Shown piece after piece: positions 50,102-63,800 of a DNA stretch of 64,000 nt. The notes beneath the pieces are model-generated. The model had not been told where the DNA came from, did no database searches, and saw only the letters and a list, made by a program, of their open reading frames with translations. The number at the start of each line of letters is the position of its first letter. The stretch's first letter is position 1. A program made the position numbers and the translations under genes. Origin of the DNA: Mobula hypostoma (Eukaryota); contig NC_086097.1 in the NCBI RefSeq assembly GCF_963921235.1, forward strand, positions 163,744,001-163,808,000, in the 5' to 3' direction.

Positions 50102-50936
50102 CACCTTTCCAGAATCTGTCTCCCTATCTGCTCCTCGATGTCCTTGTTATTATTGGGTGGTCTATAAAAAAAACACCGAGTAGAGTTATTGACCCCTTCC
50201 TGTACCTAACTTCTACCCAGAGAAACTCCGTAGACAATCCCCCATCTTCCTCCTTTTCTACGGCCGCAGCACTATCTCTGATCAACAGTGCCACGCCCCT
50301 GCCTCTTTTGCCTCCCTCCCTGTCCTTCCTGAAACATCTAAAGCCTGGCACTCGAAGTAACCATTCCTGCCCCGAGCATCCAAGTCTCTGTAATGGCCAC
50401 AACATCATTGTTCCAAGTACTGATCCACGCTCTAAGCTCATCCACATTGTTCATAATACTCCTTGCATTAAAATAGACACATCTTAAACCATTGGTCTGA
50501 GCATGTCCCTTCTCGATCACCTGCCTATCCTCTCTCTCACACTGTCTCCAAGCTTTCTCTATTTGCAAGCCAACCACCTCTTCCTTCGTCTCTTCAGTTT
50601 GGTTCACACCCCCAGCAATCCTAGTTTAAACTCTCCCCAATAGCCTTAGCAAATTTCCCCGCCAGGATATTGGTCCCCCTGGGATTCAAGTGCAAGCCGT
50701 CTTTTTTGTACAGGTCATTCCTTCCCCAAAAGAGGTCCCAATGATCCAGAAATCTGAATCCCTGCTCCCTGCTCCAATCCCTCAGCCACGCATTTATCCT
50801 CCACCTTAATCTATTCCTGTACTCACTGTTACATGGCACAGGCAGTCATCCCGAGACTACTACTTTTGTAGCTCTGCTTCTCAACTTACTTCTTAACTCC
50901 CTGTAGTCTGATTTCAGGACCTCCTCCCTTTTCATA

Positions 50937-52191
50937 GAAAACATAGAAATCATAGAAAATAGGTGCAGGAGTAGGCCATTCGGCCCTTCGAGCCTGCACC
51001 GCCATTTATTATGATCATGGCTGATCATCCAACTCAGAACCCCGCCCCAGCCTTCCCTCCATACCCCCTGATCCCCATAGCCACAAGGGCCATATCTAAC
51101 TCCCTCTTAAATATAGCCAATGTACTGGCCTCAACTGCTTCCTGTGGCAGAGAATTCCACAGATTCACCACTCTCTGAGTGAAGAAGTTTTTCCTAATCT
51201 CGGTCCTAAAAGGCTTCCCTTTTATCCTCAAACTGTGACCCCTTGTTCTGTACTTCCCCAACATCGGGAACAATCTTCCTGCATCTAGCCTGTCCAATCC
51301 CTTTAGGATTTTATACATTTCAATCAGATCCTCCCTCAATCTTCTAAATTCCAACGAGTACAAGCCCAGTTCATCCAGTCTTTCTTCATATGAAAGTCCT
51401 GCCATCCCAGGGATCAATCTGGTGAACCTTCTTTGTACTCCCTCTATGGCAAGGATGTCTTTCCTCAGATTAGGGGACCAAAACTGCACACAATACTCCA
51501 GGTGTGGTCTCACCAAGGCCTTGTACAACTGCAGTAGTACCTCCCTGCTCCTGTACTCGAATCCTCTCGCTATAAATGCCAGCATACCATTCGCCTTTTT
51601 CACCGCCTGCTGTACCTGCATGCCCACTTTCAATGACTGGTGTATAATGACACCCAGGTCTCGTTGCACCTCCCCTTTTCCTAATCGGCCACCATTCAGA
51701 TAATAATCTGTTTTCCTATTTTTGCCACCAAAGTGGATAACTTCACATTTATCCACATTAAATTGCATCTGCCATAAATTTGCCCACTCACCCAACCTAT
51801 CCAAGTCACTCTGCATCCTCTTAGCATCCTCCTCACAGCTAACACTGCCACCCAGCTTCGTGTCATCCGCAAACTTGGAGATGCTGCATTTAATTCCCTC
51901 ATCCAAGTCATTAATATATATTGTAAACAACTGGGGTCCCAGCACTGAGCCTTGCGGTACCCCACTAGTCACCACCTGCCATTCTGAAAAGGTCCCATTT
52001 ATTCCCACTCTTTGCTTCCAGTCTGCTAACCAATTCTCCATCCACATCAATACTTTACCCCCAATACCATGTGCTTTAAGTTTTCACACTAGTCTCCTGT
52101 GTGGGACCTTGTCAAAAGCCTTTTGAAAATCCAAATATATCACATTCACTGGTTCTCCCCTATCCACTCTACTAGTTACATCCTCAAAAAA
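50937..52191 (-). mobile_element. Young 5'-truncated CR1 LINE
   Basis: Uninterrupted 338-aa frame (SGVPQGSVLGP, KFADDTKLGG); (TTTCTATGA)-type tail; 8-bp TSD TTTTCATA at 50929-50936 and 52192-52199. Confidence 0.93.
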
Positions 52192-53155
52192 TTTTCATAC
52201 CTGTTGTTGGTACCAATATGTACCACGACCTCTGGCTGCTCTCCTTCCCACTTCACGATATCGTGGACGCAATCAGAAACATCCCGGACCCTGGCACCTG
52301 GGAGGCAAACTACCATCTGGCTTCTTTCCTGTGTCCACAGAATCTCCTGTCTGACCCCCTAATTATAGAGTCCCCTAACACTGCTGCCATCCTCTTCCTT
52401 TCCCTACCCTTCTGAGCCACAGGGCCAGACTCTGTTCCAGAGGCGTGTCCACTGTTGCTTCCCCCAGGCAGGCCATCCCCGCCCCCCCCCCCAACAGTAC
52501 TCAAGCAGGAGTACTTATTGTCAAGAGGTACAGCCACAGGCTGTAGCCTCTGACTCCTGCCTTTCCCTCTCCTGACTATTACCCACTCATCTGTCTCCCC
52601 AGGCCCCGGTGTGATACCTGCCTATAGCTCCTTCCTATCACCTCCTCACTCTCCCTGACCAGACGTAGGTCATTGAGCTGCATCTCCAGTTCCCTAACAG
52701 GGTCCCTAAGGAGCTGCAGCTCAATGCACCTGGTGGAGATGTGGCCGTCCAGGAGGCTGGGTGCCTCCAGGACTTCCCACATCTGACACCCAGCACAGAA
52801 CACCGGCCTCAGACACATACTTCCTGTCTGTATACTACTCAGGCAACCTACCTTGCTTCGACCTCTTAACACTGAAACCCTGTTGAGCCAAAGCCTTCCT
52901 ACTCTGTCTCCCACTACTCCGTTGACCACTCCTCGGATACCCACTCTATTAGACTGTCTCCTTTTAAAATCTTCTTGCTGACGTCCATGCGCTTGCGCAG
53001 TCATACCCCAATCAAACTGCTGAAGAAATAACCGACAAATCTCAGAAAAATTCAAGAGGCAAATCTCAAGGTTGCATAGTTTATACATTCTTCAATACTA
53101 AATGCACTTTGAATTTGGATTTGAAACACCACAGCAAAATTTAATGCAATTTCTA

Positions 53156-53376
53156 ACAGACAACATTGCCTTATGAGCTGAGGTTTTCTGCTGTGCTATG
53201 GGGTTTTTTTTTGTTCTGTGATAAATGTTGGCCAAAACAGTTGAACAAAGATAGTCATATTGGGTACAGACAACATTGCCTTATGAGCTGAGGTTTTCTG
53301 CTGTGCTATGGGGTTTTTTTTTTGTTCTGTGATAAATATTGGCCAAAACAGTTGAACAATGATAGTCATATTGGGT
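53156..53376. repeat. Tandem duplication, 2 x about 110 bp
   Basis: Units begin ACAGACAACATTGCC at 53156 and 53266; differ by two substitutions and one T in a T-run. Confidence 0.9.
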
Positions 53377-54337
53377 TGCAAGTTTATTTACATACACCTA
53401 ACACAATTCTGAGAACATACACTAATAGCACAAGACATCCTCATCATGTTTCACCGGAGGGTTATCAAATTTCTACAGTAAATCAACTCACTACCAAATG
53501 ATTTGACCCCTGACTCACTAGATACTGATTCCTATGCTCCCTTTAACACTCTGGGATCCTAATTCCTGTGCTTCCATTCTGGAGCTCTTATTCCTGTACT
53601 CACTGGGATTATGCTCCCCTTTAGCTAACTGAAGGTCCACTTCTTGTATGGCTTTAAACACTCTCAGCCCCTTCCATGCTCCATTTAAGCTCCGCCGGAC
53701 CACATTTCCAGCTCTTCCTTTAAACTTAACAGGTTTCCTGGAAAATGAAATATACAACAATGTAACCTCCGAAAGAAGATTGAATTAGAAGTCTGTTGGA
53801 CAATTGGAATAATATCTACTAAAAATCTACTAGTCTAACACCACCAATGTCCCAAATATGTATATTGTCATAGTTTCATGATTCTGGGAGTTGGAACAAG
53901 TGGGCAAAATTGAGGTGCAAATTACAAATTTTAATTTAGTTTCATTTTAAAACAGAGCCTTGAGTTAACACACCATCTGAGAGTTGAAAATGTCTGCTCC
54001 CACACAGCCTGTCTGTGTTAAAAGTCAGGCGGTTTTTAATTACTGGGACTGGGTGCTGAGTGTTGCCAGGCCCAGAAGGTGCTATCACAGGGTTTGAGTA
54101 TTACCAGGCAGCACATAATAATTAAAGTGGTAGGCAGTCTCCATGAAGCAGTGATTCACTTGTACATGGACAATATTTGGTGCTTGTCATATTATAAATC
54201 GATTTATTATTGAAGAATGTGTAAATTATGCAACCTTGAGTTGCCTTCTTCAGCACATATTGCCTGCTTTGGTGAGTACTGTGTACTCGTAATTTTTTTT
54301 ATATCAATTGCCATGAATTTAGAATTCACCTTACCCT

Positions 54338-55378
54338 GTCCAAAGCACTGATTTTGACACCGTGGAGAAAATGCTTTCTGAGGCTTTGGAGGGATTAACA
54401 TCCTACTATATAGAAAACTACCTCCACGCAAACCCGTCAAAGACGCAAGTTTGTGCATTCCACCTCAGGAACCGTGAAGCCAAACGACAGCTTAAAGTGA
54501 CCTGGTGTGGAGCAACACTGACACATCGCGAGCACCCTGTCTACTGAGGAGCCACCCTTGACAGATGCCTCACTTTCAAGAGCCACATCAATAAGACAAA
54601 GGCAAAAGTGAGCACACGAAACAACATCCTGAATAAGCTCACTAACACAAAATGGGGAGCAAGCTTGAAAACATTGCGAACCAGTGCACTTGCTCTTTGC
54701 TATTCCACTGCCGAATACGCCTGCCCTGCATGGGAAAGATCTATTCATGCTAAGAAGATGGATGCTGTTCTGAATGCAAGCTGCCGACTTATCACAGGTT
54801 GTTTAAAACCAACAAACACCAATAGCCTATATATCCTGGTGGGTATTACACCCCCTGCTATAAGAAGAACAGTAGCCAGCAAGAAAGAACGACTTCATCA
54901 TACATCGGATGAGAGGCATCGTCTACATGGTCATTCACCTACACCCAGCCGCCTAAAGTCAAGGAAGAGCTTCATGAACAGTGTTGTTTCATTACAATCA
55001 ACCCCATCTGAAGCCTGCATCGCCTTGTGGAAAGACCGGCTCGCCAGTCTCAAACAACCCCCAACGATGGAAATTCCATTGGATGAAAGCCTTCCCGCAG
55101 GAGCTAATTGCAACTGGGCAATCTGGAAGTGCCTTAACAGACTTAGGACTGGTGTAGGTCGTTCAAAGGTTTCACTAAGCAAATGGGGATATACAACCAG
55201 CCCGACAACTTGTAAATGTGAAACTGAACCACAAACCATGCAACTTCTCCTGCAATGCCCATCGCTAGAGGAACCCTGTACTGTTGCAGACCTTAACGAA
55301 TTCAACAACAAGGTGCAAAAATGTGTCCAATTCTGGCTGGGCCATGTATAGACTGTCCGTGGACACAATAAGAAGAAG
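54338..55378 (+). mobile_element. 5'-truncated Vingi/Ingi-like non-LTR retrotransposon
   Basis: NPSKTQVCAFHLRNREAKRQL...LRTSALALCYSTAEYACPAW...RLITGCLKPT...LNRLRTGVGR...CKC (degenerate CCHC); one stop at about 54545; no RNase H; (AGA)n tail; TSD ACCTTACCCT / ACCTTCCCCT at 54328-54337 and 55379-55388. Confidence 0.7.
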
Positions 55379-58300
55379 ACCTTCCCCTCTTCCCAACCTC
55401 ACCCACAGAAGAGTACAAGAGGCCAAAGAAGCAGGCCCTCATCTTTATATTTGGCAAAATACAGCTGTCAGGGCTCAACATTAAATTCAGCATTTTCAGA
55501 TAACCTGTCTTCCATGTTTGTTTCCTGGCAAGACGAGTCCATGAATGGTCATTGATCTGTAAAGTCTATGTTTTCCTTGCACAGATGCTGCCTGACCTGC
55601 TGAATATTCCAAGCATCCTTTTTCAGATTTCTAATGCCACCAACATTGTATAACATGTTTGTTTTTTTCTTTTTTCTTTCTCTCTCTTCTATTTTCTTTC
55701 ATCTCATTCTGTCAACGTGTCCTCAGACAGATCAGCTCTGATGAACAAACTTCACCTCTCTTAGCTGCCATCGCCAACTCCGCTGTTTCTCATGGTCTTT
55801 CCCTATCGTAGATACTCCCAATGTTCACTTTGCCTCCTACTCTGTCTAACCCATTTCTAACTGTCCTCACTTCTGGTGAAGCTGAAATATTATTCTGTTT
55901 CCCTCTCCCCAATTGTTGCTTCTTGCTGAGTATTTCCAAAACTTTCTGATTTTATTTGAAGTTTAGAATTAGTACTTTGTCGCAATTCTGTTCTTTCTGT
56001 TACATTACAACCTGAGTTTGAATCTTGTATTTGTTATTAGGGAAGTACTTATCAAAGGATTTTTGATGCTATGAATCTATGATGAAAAAAGAAACAACTC
56101 AAAATTTTATTTTTCATTTGTAATACATATGTCTTGTGGCTAAAATTTCATTCAACAATTTCTAAAGAACTGAAAATATTGTTCTGCACAGATTGCATGT
56201 TTTGGTGGGTTGCTGTGTGCTCATTGTATTTCTAGAATACACTGAAAATCCCAGCTTCTCCCTTTCCCTCTCCCCAGGTATCTTGCATTGTCTGAGTAAA
56301 AATGGTAATATTCAGCCTCTGAGTCAGAAGTTGGGTATATCTCTCTCCCTAAGTCCAGACAAGTCACAGCAGGTAGAGGGAGCGCTCCAGCTGTAATCAC
56401 TGGATTGATGTCCACTGTGATGTCCAAAAAAGATGGTGAACTGTCTACACCATCCATCACAAAGTACGACTGGTGTTCTTTATTTAGCTTTTGTATAATT
56501 CTTCTGGAATAAAGTACACAAAAGATAAAAAGAAAAGACAAAAATAAATGGAAACTATTTCAACTTCTCATCCCCGAGTAAATGCCCCAGTAGTTTCATG
56601 TACAAAGATTGAATAAGGATTTGGGGAACACAACAGGGGCACAAGTGTGGATAATATGATTCCGGACATTTGACAAAGCTCTATTTCTTCAAACTGAAAG
56701 GGTCAAGTACAGATTATATATAATGTGCATTTTGTCTTAACGACCTTCATCATGATGGTCAGTCATGAACAATTAAATGTACTCTGTTGGTAATCGAGAT
56801 TGACTGAAATATTTCTGGTCTGATTGTCAAACCAATGCATTAAAGCACCTAAAGCATCACTAAACTTCTTTGTTAATTTGTTCAGGCATGTTCCTGCATT
56901 TTTAACTCAGAGGTTTGAGCTGGGCCCCAATTCTAATTTATTTTCATATGTTCAAAAATGCAATGTTTATCAGAAATGCAGAGTAGCTTGCCTCATGAAT
57001 AAACAGTTGGACTGATGTGGAGGAAAGTCACAGTTTAATAGATACATTCTATTTGCTTGACAGCTTGGCATAATACCAGCATTTGTTTTGTTCAAGGATA
57101 ATTCTTTGATAAAAAGACAACTGTTAACCCCGGCTGTCAGACACAGTGTGATGAGGAGATTTTACTATTTGGAAGAACACAGATGCGAATGGAAGAGACA
57201 GACTTAGAGAAGTTGATTCATATTCTTTTGTCTTCACTTTGTTTCCAATGTCCTTCATTCTTGTCAGGTAACCAGATTGAAATGACACTTTTATCTCTGA
57301 CTAATCCAGGTGACTTGTTAGAGCACTCATATAGTTTCTCCTTGTAGACTACCTCTTTGTCTGGTAATGTCACCACCAACTGATTGAATTGAAAGCCATA
57401 ACCCGCAGCTAAGAATTGATTGGGATAGTAGAAATGAATTAATTTAATGAGATCTTGGTGAATCCCTTTCATTTATTAAATATTGTAAAGAACATTTGTG
57501 TATCCTGAAGGTTGTAAGCAGTGGAACAGATGTGTCTATCTAAGAAGGAAGCAGATTAATAGAAGGTAAGCCTGCTTATTAGGTTCAAGGCAGGTAAAGT
57601 TTTGGATCAAATTGTAAAATCAGGGATTAATAAAACAATTCGAGGGTCAGTCCAATGTGGATAAGTGAAGTGCCATCTGTATGGTGAGTAACCCGAACTG
57701 ATCCTATCAGTCCAGCATGAAGATTAGAAGGTAAAGAAGAGTATGATTTACTACATTCAAGGTCTTCAGTGTGAAGTTGTGGAGAAATGAGTTCTTATAG
57801 GTGCAGTTACAACCAGTGTCCTGTTCTGGGTCTGAGCAGTTCACAGTGAGCACCATGAATTGAATAATCTAACTGGCAGTTTGTACTGTGAATGCTGAGG
57901 TGATCAGGACATATGGGCAGCAAGATGGGCAGGTCTGACAACCATCTGCTTAACTCCTAACCTTTCCAATTAAAATACACAGAATAGGGTGGATTAGAGT
58001 CAGTTTGGATCCAGAAAAATAGAAGGAATGACAAAAAAATCAAGAGAAAGTAAGTAATTGAGACCAAAATAAATGTAATACCTTGTGAACTTCTATGCAA
58101 TTCTAAAGCTCCAGTGTCAACGTACCTCATTTGCTGGTACGAGTCAAGATCGTAAATTACCCTTTGATCTCAGATTTTCCTAATGCAGCCACTGTTCACT
58201 ATTGCTTCTTGAGATTTTTACATTCGAAACATCTGGGCACCTTGACTTTCTAGTTAGTCTTTGATTGTTAATTTCTAGCCCGTGGTTGTAAAACACATAC

Positions 58301-59054
58301 AGTACACACATGCCTGTGCATGTGCACATGCACTTAAATCCCCATGCAGGCATTCACATTAGCAACACATATACCCCTTTAGATACAGCTCGGGAAGAAT
58401 GACCTATCAGGGCACAGCTGCAGTAGCTGGGTCAGTAGGACTGTGGCTGGCTCAGAAGCATAGCAGGGAAGGTTAAAGTCAGGCAGAGAAGTAGTGATAC
58501 AAGACTCAATAGTTAAGGAGTTTCTGTGGCTGTGAAAGAGATGCCAAGATCATGTGTTGCCTTCTGGGTGCCAGAGTCGAGAGTGGCTGCAGAACAAACT
58601 CAAGAGGGAGGGTGAGCTGCCAGAGGAAGTTGTGATACAGACTGGAACCAACGACATGTACAGAAACAGAGAAGAGATCCTGTGCAGTGAGTATCGCGAG
58701 TTAAGAAAAAGTCTGAAAAAGTGCAAGGTTTTATTCAGGGCAGGAATAGAAAAAGAGAACAGATGAACGAGGGGCTGAGGAACTGGAGCCAGGGTATTAA
58801 GTTCTTGAATCACTGGAGCAGGAGTGACCTGTACAAGAGGGACAGATTGTGCCTTAACTGAGGGAACCAATATCCTAGTCAGGAGGTTCACTAGTATTAC
58901 TTGTGAGGGTTTAAACTGGTTTGTTAGAGGTATAGAAACCAGAACACCAGGTCAGAAGGCAGAGGGACTGACAGGAACGTAAATGTCACAACTAGTAAGA
59001 ACAGAGTAGTAACGGACGAATGGGATGAACAGGTTGAAGTGTATGTGTTTTAGA

Positions 59055-60040
59055 CAAAGTTAGATATTTATTGATCCCAAAGGAAATTACAGTATCACAG
59101 TAGCATTACAAATTCACAGATATACAATATTACAAGAGAAGTAAGAAAGAATAAAAAATAAATGATCACAAACAGTCTAATGGGAGGGGGTCATCACTTC
59201 CTTGGCTATAGGTTGACTCATTATACAGCCTAATGGCTGAGGGTAAGAATGACCTCATATAGAGCTCTTTGGAGCAGCACCGTTGTCTTAGTCAATAACT
59301 AAAAGTGTTCCTCTGTTCAGCCAAGGAGGCATTCAGAGGGTGAGAAATGTTGTCCAGAATTACCAGGATTTTCCATAGGGTACCTTGTTCTACTACAGCC
59401 TTCAGGGTGTCCAGTTTGACTTCTTAACAGAGCCAGCCTTTCTAATCAGTTTATTGAGCTGTTGGCATCACCCATGTTGATGTCATTGCCCTAGCACACC
59501 ACCACATAGAAGATTGTACTGATGACCAAAGACTTGTAGAACGTGTGAAGGAGCGGCCTGCATACTCCAAAGGACCACAATCTCCTCAGGAAGTAGAGGT
59601 GACGCTGGCCCTTCTTGTACACAGCCTCTGTGTTGGTGTTCCACTCAAGTCTGTCATCCAGGTGCACCCCGAGGTACTTGTGGGTCCTCACCACATCCAC
59701 ATTCTCACCATCAATAGTAACAGGGAACAGTGCAGGCTTCATCTTCCTAAACTCCATCACCGTCTCCTTTGTCTTACTGATGTTGAGCTGCAGATGATTC
59801 AGCTTGTGCCCTGTGTCCATCTGCCTCGCCTGCCCTCCCTTTATACACCCAACTGAGTCATCAGGGAATTTCTACAGATGACATAATTCAGTGTTGTATC
59901 TAAAGTCTGAGGTATACAGGGTAAACAGGAAGGGAGACAATACAGTCCCCTGTGGAGCCCCAGTGCTGCTTATATCCATGTCTGACACACAACTCTGAAG
60001 CTGAACAAACTGTGCTACGACTATTATGGGTGATAAACAG
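59055..60040 (-). mobile_element. Rex1/Babar-like fragment (same family as 8401-10790)
   Basis: LQLNISKTKE...KYLGVHLDDRLEW...KKGQRHLYFLRRL. Confidence 0.8.
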
Positions 60041-60049
60041 TTACAAATA

Positions 60050-60390
60050 TATTAGGCAGGAATGTGTGCGTAATCAAAGGCTTTTTCCTGGGGCTGAAAT
60101 GGTTGCCACAGGAGGACACAGGTTTAAGGTGCTGGGGAGTAGGTACAGAGGAGATGTCAGGGGTAAGTCTTTTACGCAGAGAGTGGTGAGTGCGTGGAAT
60201 GGGCTGCCGGCAACAGTGATGGAGGCAGATATGATAGGGTCTTTTAAGAGACTTTTGGATAGGTACATGGAGCTTAGAAAAATAGAGGGCTATGGGTAAG
60301 CCTAGTAAGTTCTAAAGTAGGGACATGTTCGGCACAACTTTGTGGGCCGAAGGGCCTGTATTGTGCTGTAGGTTTTCTATGTTTCTATGA
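60050..60390 (+). mobile_element. Short CR1 3' end
   Basis: GHRFKVLGSRYRGDVRGKSFTQRVVSAWN; TTTCTATG tail; related copies at about 44240-44620 (-) and 61598-61990 (+). Confidence 0.8.
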
Positions 60391-61389
60391 ACCAGAGAGA
60401 AATAATTGGGAACAGCTATTTTTTGAGCAAGTCCGTATCTGACGTGTAGGGTGTGTTTAAAGAACAAATGCAGAGTACAGGAATGGGTATGTTCCAGTAA
60501 GAAGGATAAAATGGCAAAGTAAAGGAACATTGGATGTTAAGAGAGGTGGCAAATTTAGTCCAGAAGTGAAAAGAGATCTATGTAAAGCTTAGGAATCTAA
60601 AATCATACAGAGCCAGAAAATTTGAGGATTATAAAGAAGGCAGAAAAGAACTCAAGAAGGGGGTTAGGAAAGCCAGGAGGGGCAGTGAAAGGTCCTTGAC
60701 ACATAGGATTGAAGAGAATCCCAAGGCACTCTACAGATATGTACATCAAGAACAAGAAGATAACTGGGGAGTGGATAGGGCACTCAAGGACAAAGAAGGG
60801 AGAACTTGGAGGCAAATGACGTGGGCGAGGTCCTGGACGATTATGTTGCATCAGAATTTACCAAGGAGAGGGATGCAAGATAGGGTGATTCATGTGTGTG
60901 GAATGTGCTAATTTGCTAGGACATTTTGAAATACGGGAACATTGGGTTTCTTAAAGAACATTAAGGTAGATAAATTCCCAGGTCCTGATAGGACATACCC
61001 CAAGTTATTGAAAGAGGCTAGAGATTAGTTTACTGGGGTCTTGACCAATATCTTTATGTCCTCTGTAGCCACAGAAGAGGTCTAAGAGGACTGGCGAGTT
61101 TAGCTCATGTTGCTTCATTATTGAAGAAGGAGAATAGAAATAATCCTGGAAATGATAGACTAGTGAGTCTCACATCAGTGGTAGGGAAGGTACTGGAGAG
61201 AGTTCTTAGGAAAAAGGTTCATGAGCATGTGGAAAACTATTGTCTAATTAGTGACAATCAGGAAAGCTCTGTGCAGGGCAAGTCATGACTGACTAACTTG
61301 ATTGGGATTTTCAAGGAGGTGATAGAGGTGATGGATGAAGGGAGAATTGTAAATGCTTGTCCACAGAGATAAGGCATTTTGACAAGTTC

Positions 61390-62895
61390 GTAGTTCAAAG
61401 AAATTTATTATCGAAGTACATATATGTCACCATATGCTATGCTGAGATTCGTTTTCTTGTGGGGCTTCACAGTAAATACAAAGAAACACAATAGAATCAA
61501 TGAAAAATTATACACAAAGATGGACAAACAACCCATGTGCAAAAGTTAACAAATTATGCAAATGCAAAGAGAAAAAAAATAATAACAGATAAATTGTGCA
61601 TTGGAGAATGAGAGGTGACCTGATTGAGGTGTATAAGATGATGAGAGGCATTGATTGTGTGGATAACCAGAGCTTTTTCCCGGGCTGAAATGGCTAACAC
61701 AAGAGGGCACAGTTTTAAGGTACTTGGAAGTAGGTACAGAGGGGTTGTCGGGTAACTATTTCACACAGGGAATGGTGGGTGCATGGAATGCACTGTTTGC
61801 AATGGTGGTAGAAGTGGATACAAGAGGGTTTTTTAAGAGACTCTTAGATAGGTACATGGAGCTTAGAAAAATAGAGGGCTATGCGGTAAGGAAGTTCGAA
61901 ACTACTTCCAGAGGAGGTTACATGGTCAGCACAACATTGTGGGCTGAAGGGTCTGTAATGTGCTAAAGATTTCTATGTTCTATGTTCTATAAATAAGAAA
62001 TAAGTAATATTGAGAACATGAGTTGTAGAGTCCTTGAAAGTGAGACCATAAGTTATGGAATCAGCTCAGTGCTGGGGTGAGTGAAGTTTTCCACTCTGGT
62101 TCAGGAGCCTGATGGCTGAGAGGTAATAACTGTTCCTGAACCTGGTGGTGTGGGACCCAAGGCTCCTGTAACTCCTTCCTGATGGCAGTAGTGAGTGACA
62201 GCATGGCCTGGATGGTGGGGGTCCTTGATAATGGAAGCTGCTTTCCTGCGACAGCGCTCCTTGTAGATATGTTCAATATCTTTACCAGTGATGGACTGAG
62301 CTGTATCCATCACCTTTTGTATGCTTTTCTGTTTCCATATCAGCTAGTGATGCAACTAGTCAGTATACTTTCCACTGTGTATGTATAGAAGTTATTCAAA
62401 ATTTTAGATGACATGCCAAATATCTGCAACCATCTAAGAAAGTAGAGGCAGTTTTGTGCCTTCTTTGTAATGACACTTGCGTGTTGGACCCAGGACAGAT
62501 TCTTTGAAATGACAATACCGAGGATTTTAATGTTACTGACCTTCCACCTTTGATCCCCTGATGAGGACTGGCTCATAGATCTCTAGTTTCCTCCTCCTGT
62601 AGCTCTTTGGTTTTGCTAATGTTAAGTGAGTTGTGGTGGCACCATTCTGCCAGATGTTCAAACTCCCTCCACGTGCTGATTTGGACTTACAACAGTGGTG
62701 TCGTAAGCAAACTTAAGTATGGTATTGGAGCTGTACTTAGCCACACAGTCATAAGTGTAAAGTGATTAGAGCAGGGGGCCTTGTGGTGCACCTGTGCTGA
62801 TGGAGATTGTCGAGGAGATGTCGTGCCAATGAGAACTAACTGGGGTCTGTTAATAGGAAAATTAAGGATCCAGTTGCACAAGGATGTATTGAGGA
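61390..62895 (-). mobile_element. Rex1/Babar-like fragment interrupted by a CR1 3' end (about 61598-61990)
   Basis: SLCNWILNF, KKAQNCLYFLR and RKAASIIKDPHHPGHA. Confidence 0.75.
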
Positions 62896-63324
62896 CTCTC
62901 ATGAGAGGCTTATCCAGAAGATTAAGATGCATGGAATCCATGGTGCAAGGGCCATTTGGATTCAGAATTGGCTTGCATGTAGAAGATAGAGGGTAGTAAT
63001 CAATGGGGGCTTACTCTGGCTGGAGTCCTATGACTGGTGGTGTTCAGCAGGGATCCAGACTGGTGGTGTGAATAGAGTAGAAAACTGGCGAAGGAGACAT
63101 CAATTGCTGTTATTGGTGGAGAACAGCCGATAGAGTTTAACCCAGCCATATGTGAGGCGTTGCAAATGTAAAGGGAGAATACACTATTAATGGCAAAATG
63201 TTATTAGTGTTGATGTGCAGAGGTCTTGGAGCACAGATCTATGAAAATGACGACACTGGTTGACAGGGATGTAAAAAGGCCTATGGCATGCTCACCTTTA
63301 CTGGTCGAGGAAATGAGAAAACGA

Positions 63325-63800
63325 TTTGGGAAGTTCCTTAGCATTGGCTGCATTGAGCTTCCGTGCACCCTTCATTACACCCTTCAGTACATACACCAGC
63401 ATCCTGGACTGAGCCTGTCTGCAGCTTCCCTTATAGACATCTCGCTGTGTGAGAAGACCAACAGGTTTTGGGCAGGCCAAGGAGCATCCTTCACTGAGTC
63501 GATGTCTCATTGTGTGTCCCTGGGAACAGCCCGAAGATCAGGCTGTTAGACAGCCGCTGAGGATGAACTGGAACACAGACACTTGCTTCCTCCTCCACAC
63601 TCTCTTAGCAAACCCGTAGTCTGCAAAGAGGTGGGTGACCATCTCCAGACGGCAACGTATGCTGGGGGGTGACATGTCATCTGTAAAGGAAGGCACTTCG
63701 TACCACCAGCCTAGTGAAATCTTAGTGCTCGTTGGTTAGATCTGGCAATACGACATTCTGCCAGATGATTTGGGCCGTCTGCTTTGGTGAACAGCATTGT
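63325..63800 (-). mobile_element. Tx1/L1-clade ORF2 C-terminal fragment
   Basis: Minus-strand pieces QTAQIIWQN..PDLTNEH, LIFGLFPGTH and YVLKGVMKG..KLNAANAK resemble Tx1-type ORF2 ends. Confidence 0.55.

Larger units (their letters stand above)
44240..53000 (-). mobile_element. CR1 (HER1-like) element with ORF1 (zinc finger + SGNH esterase) and endonuclease, RT absent; hosts the LTR element and a younger CR1
   Basis: CAGCQMWEV...TRCIELQLL, VLGDSIIRG and DGLHLN (ORF1); YFNARSI, VAITETW, VGDFN and DSEHN (APE endonuclease); jumps to a CR1 3' end near 44625; (TTTCTATG)n tail at about 44241-44256. Confidence 0.85.

Noticed and set aside
56300..56420. Faint resemblance to an ancient Deu-type SINE head
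   Set aside because: Too diverged to call by eye.
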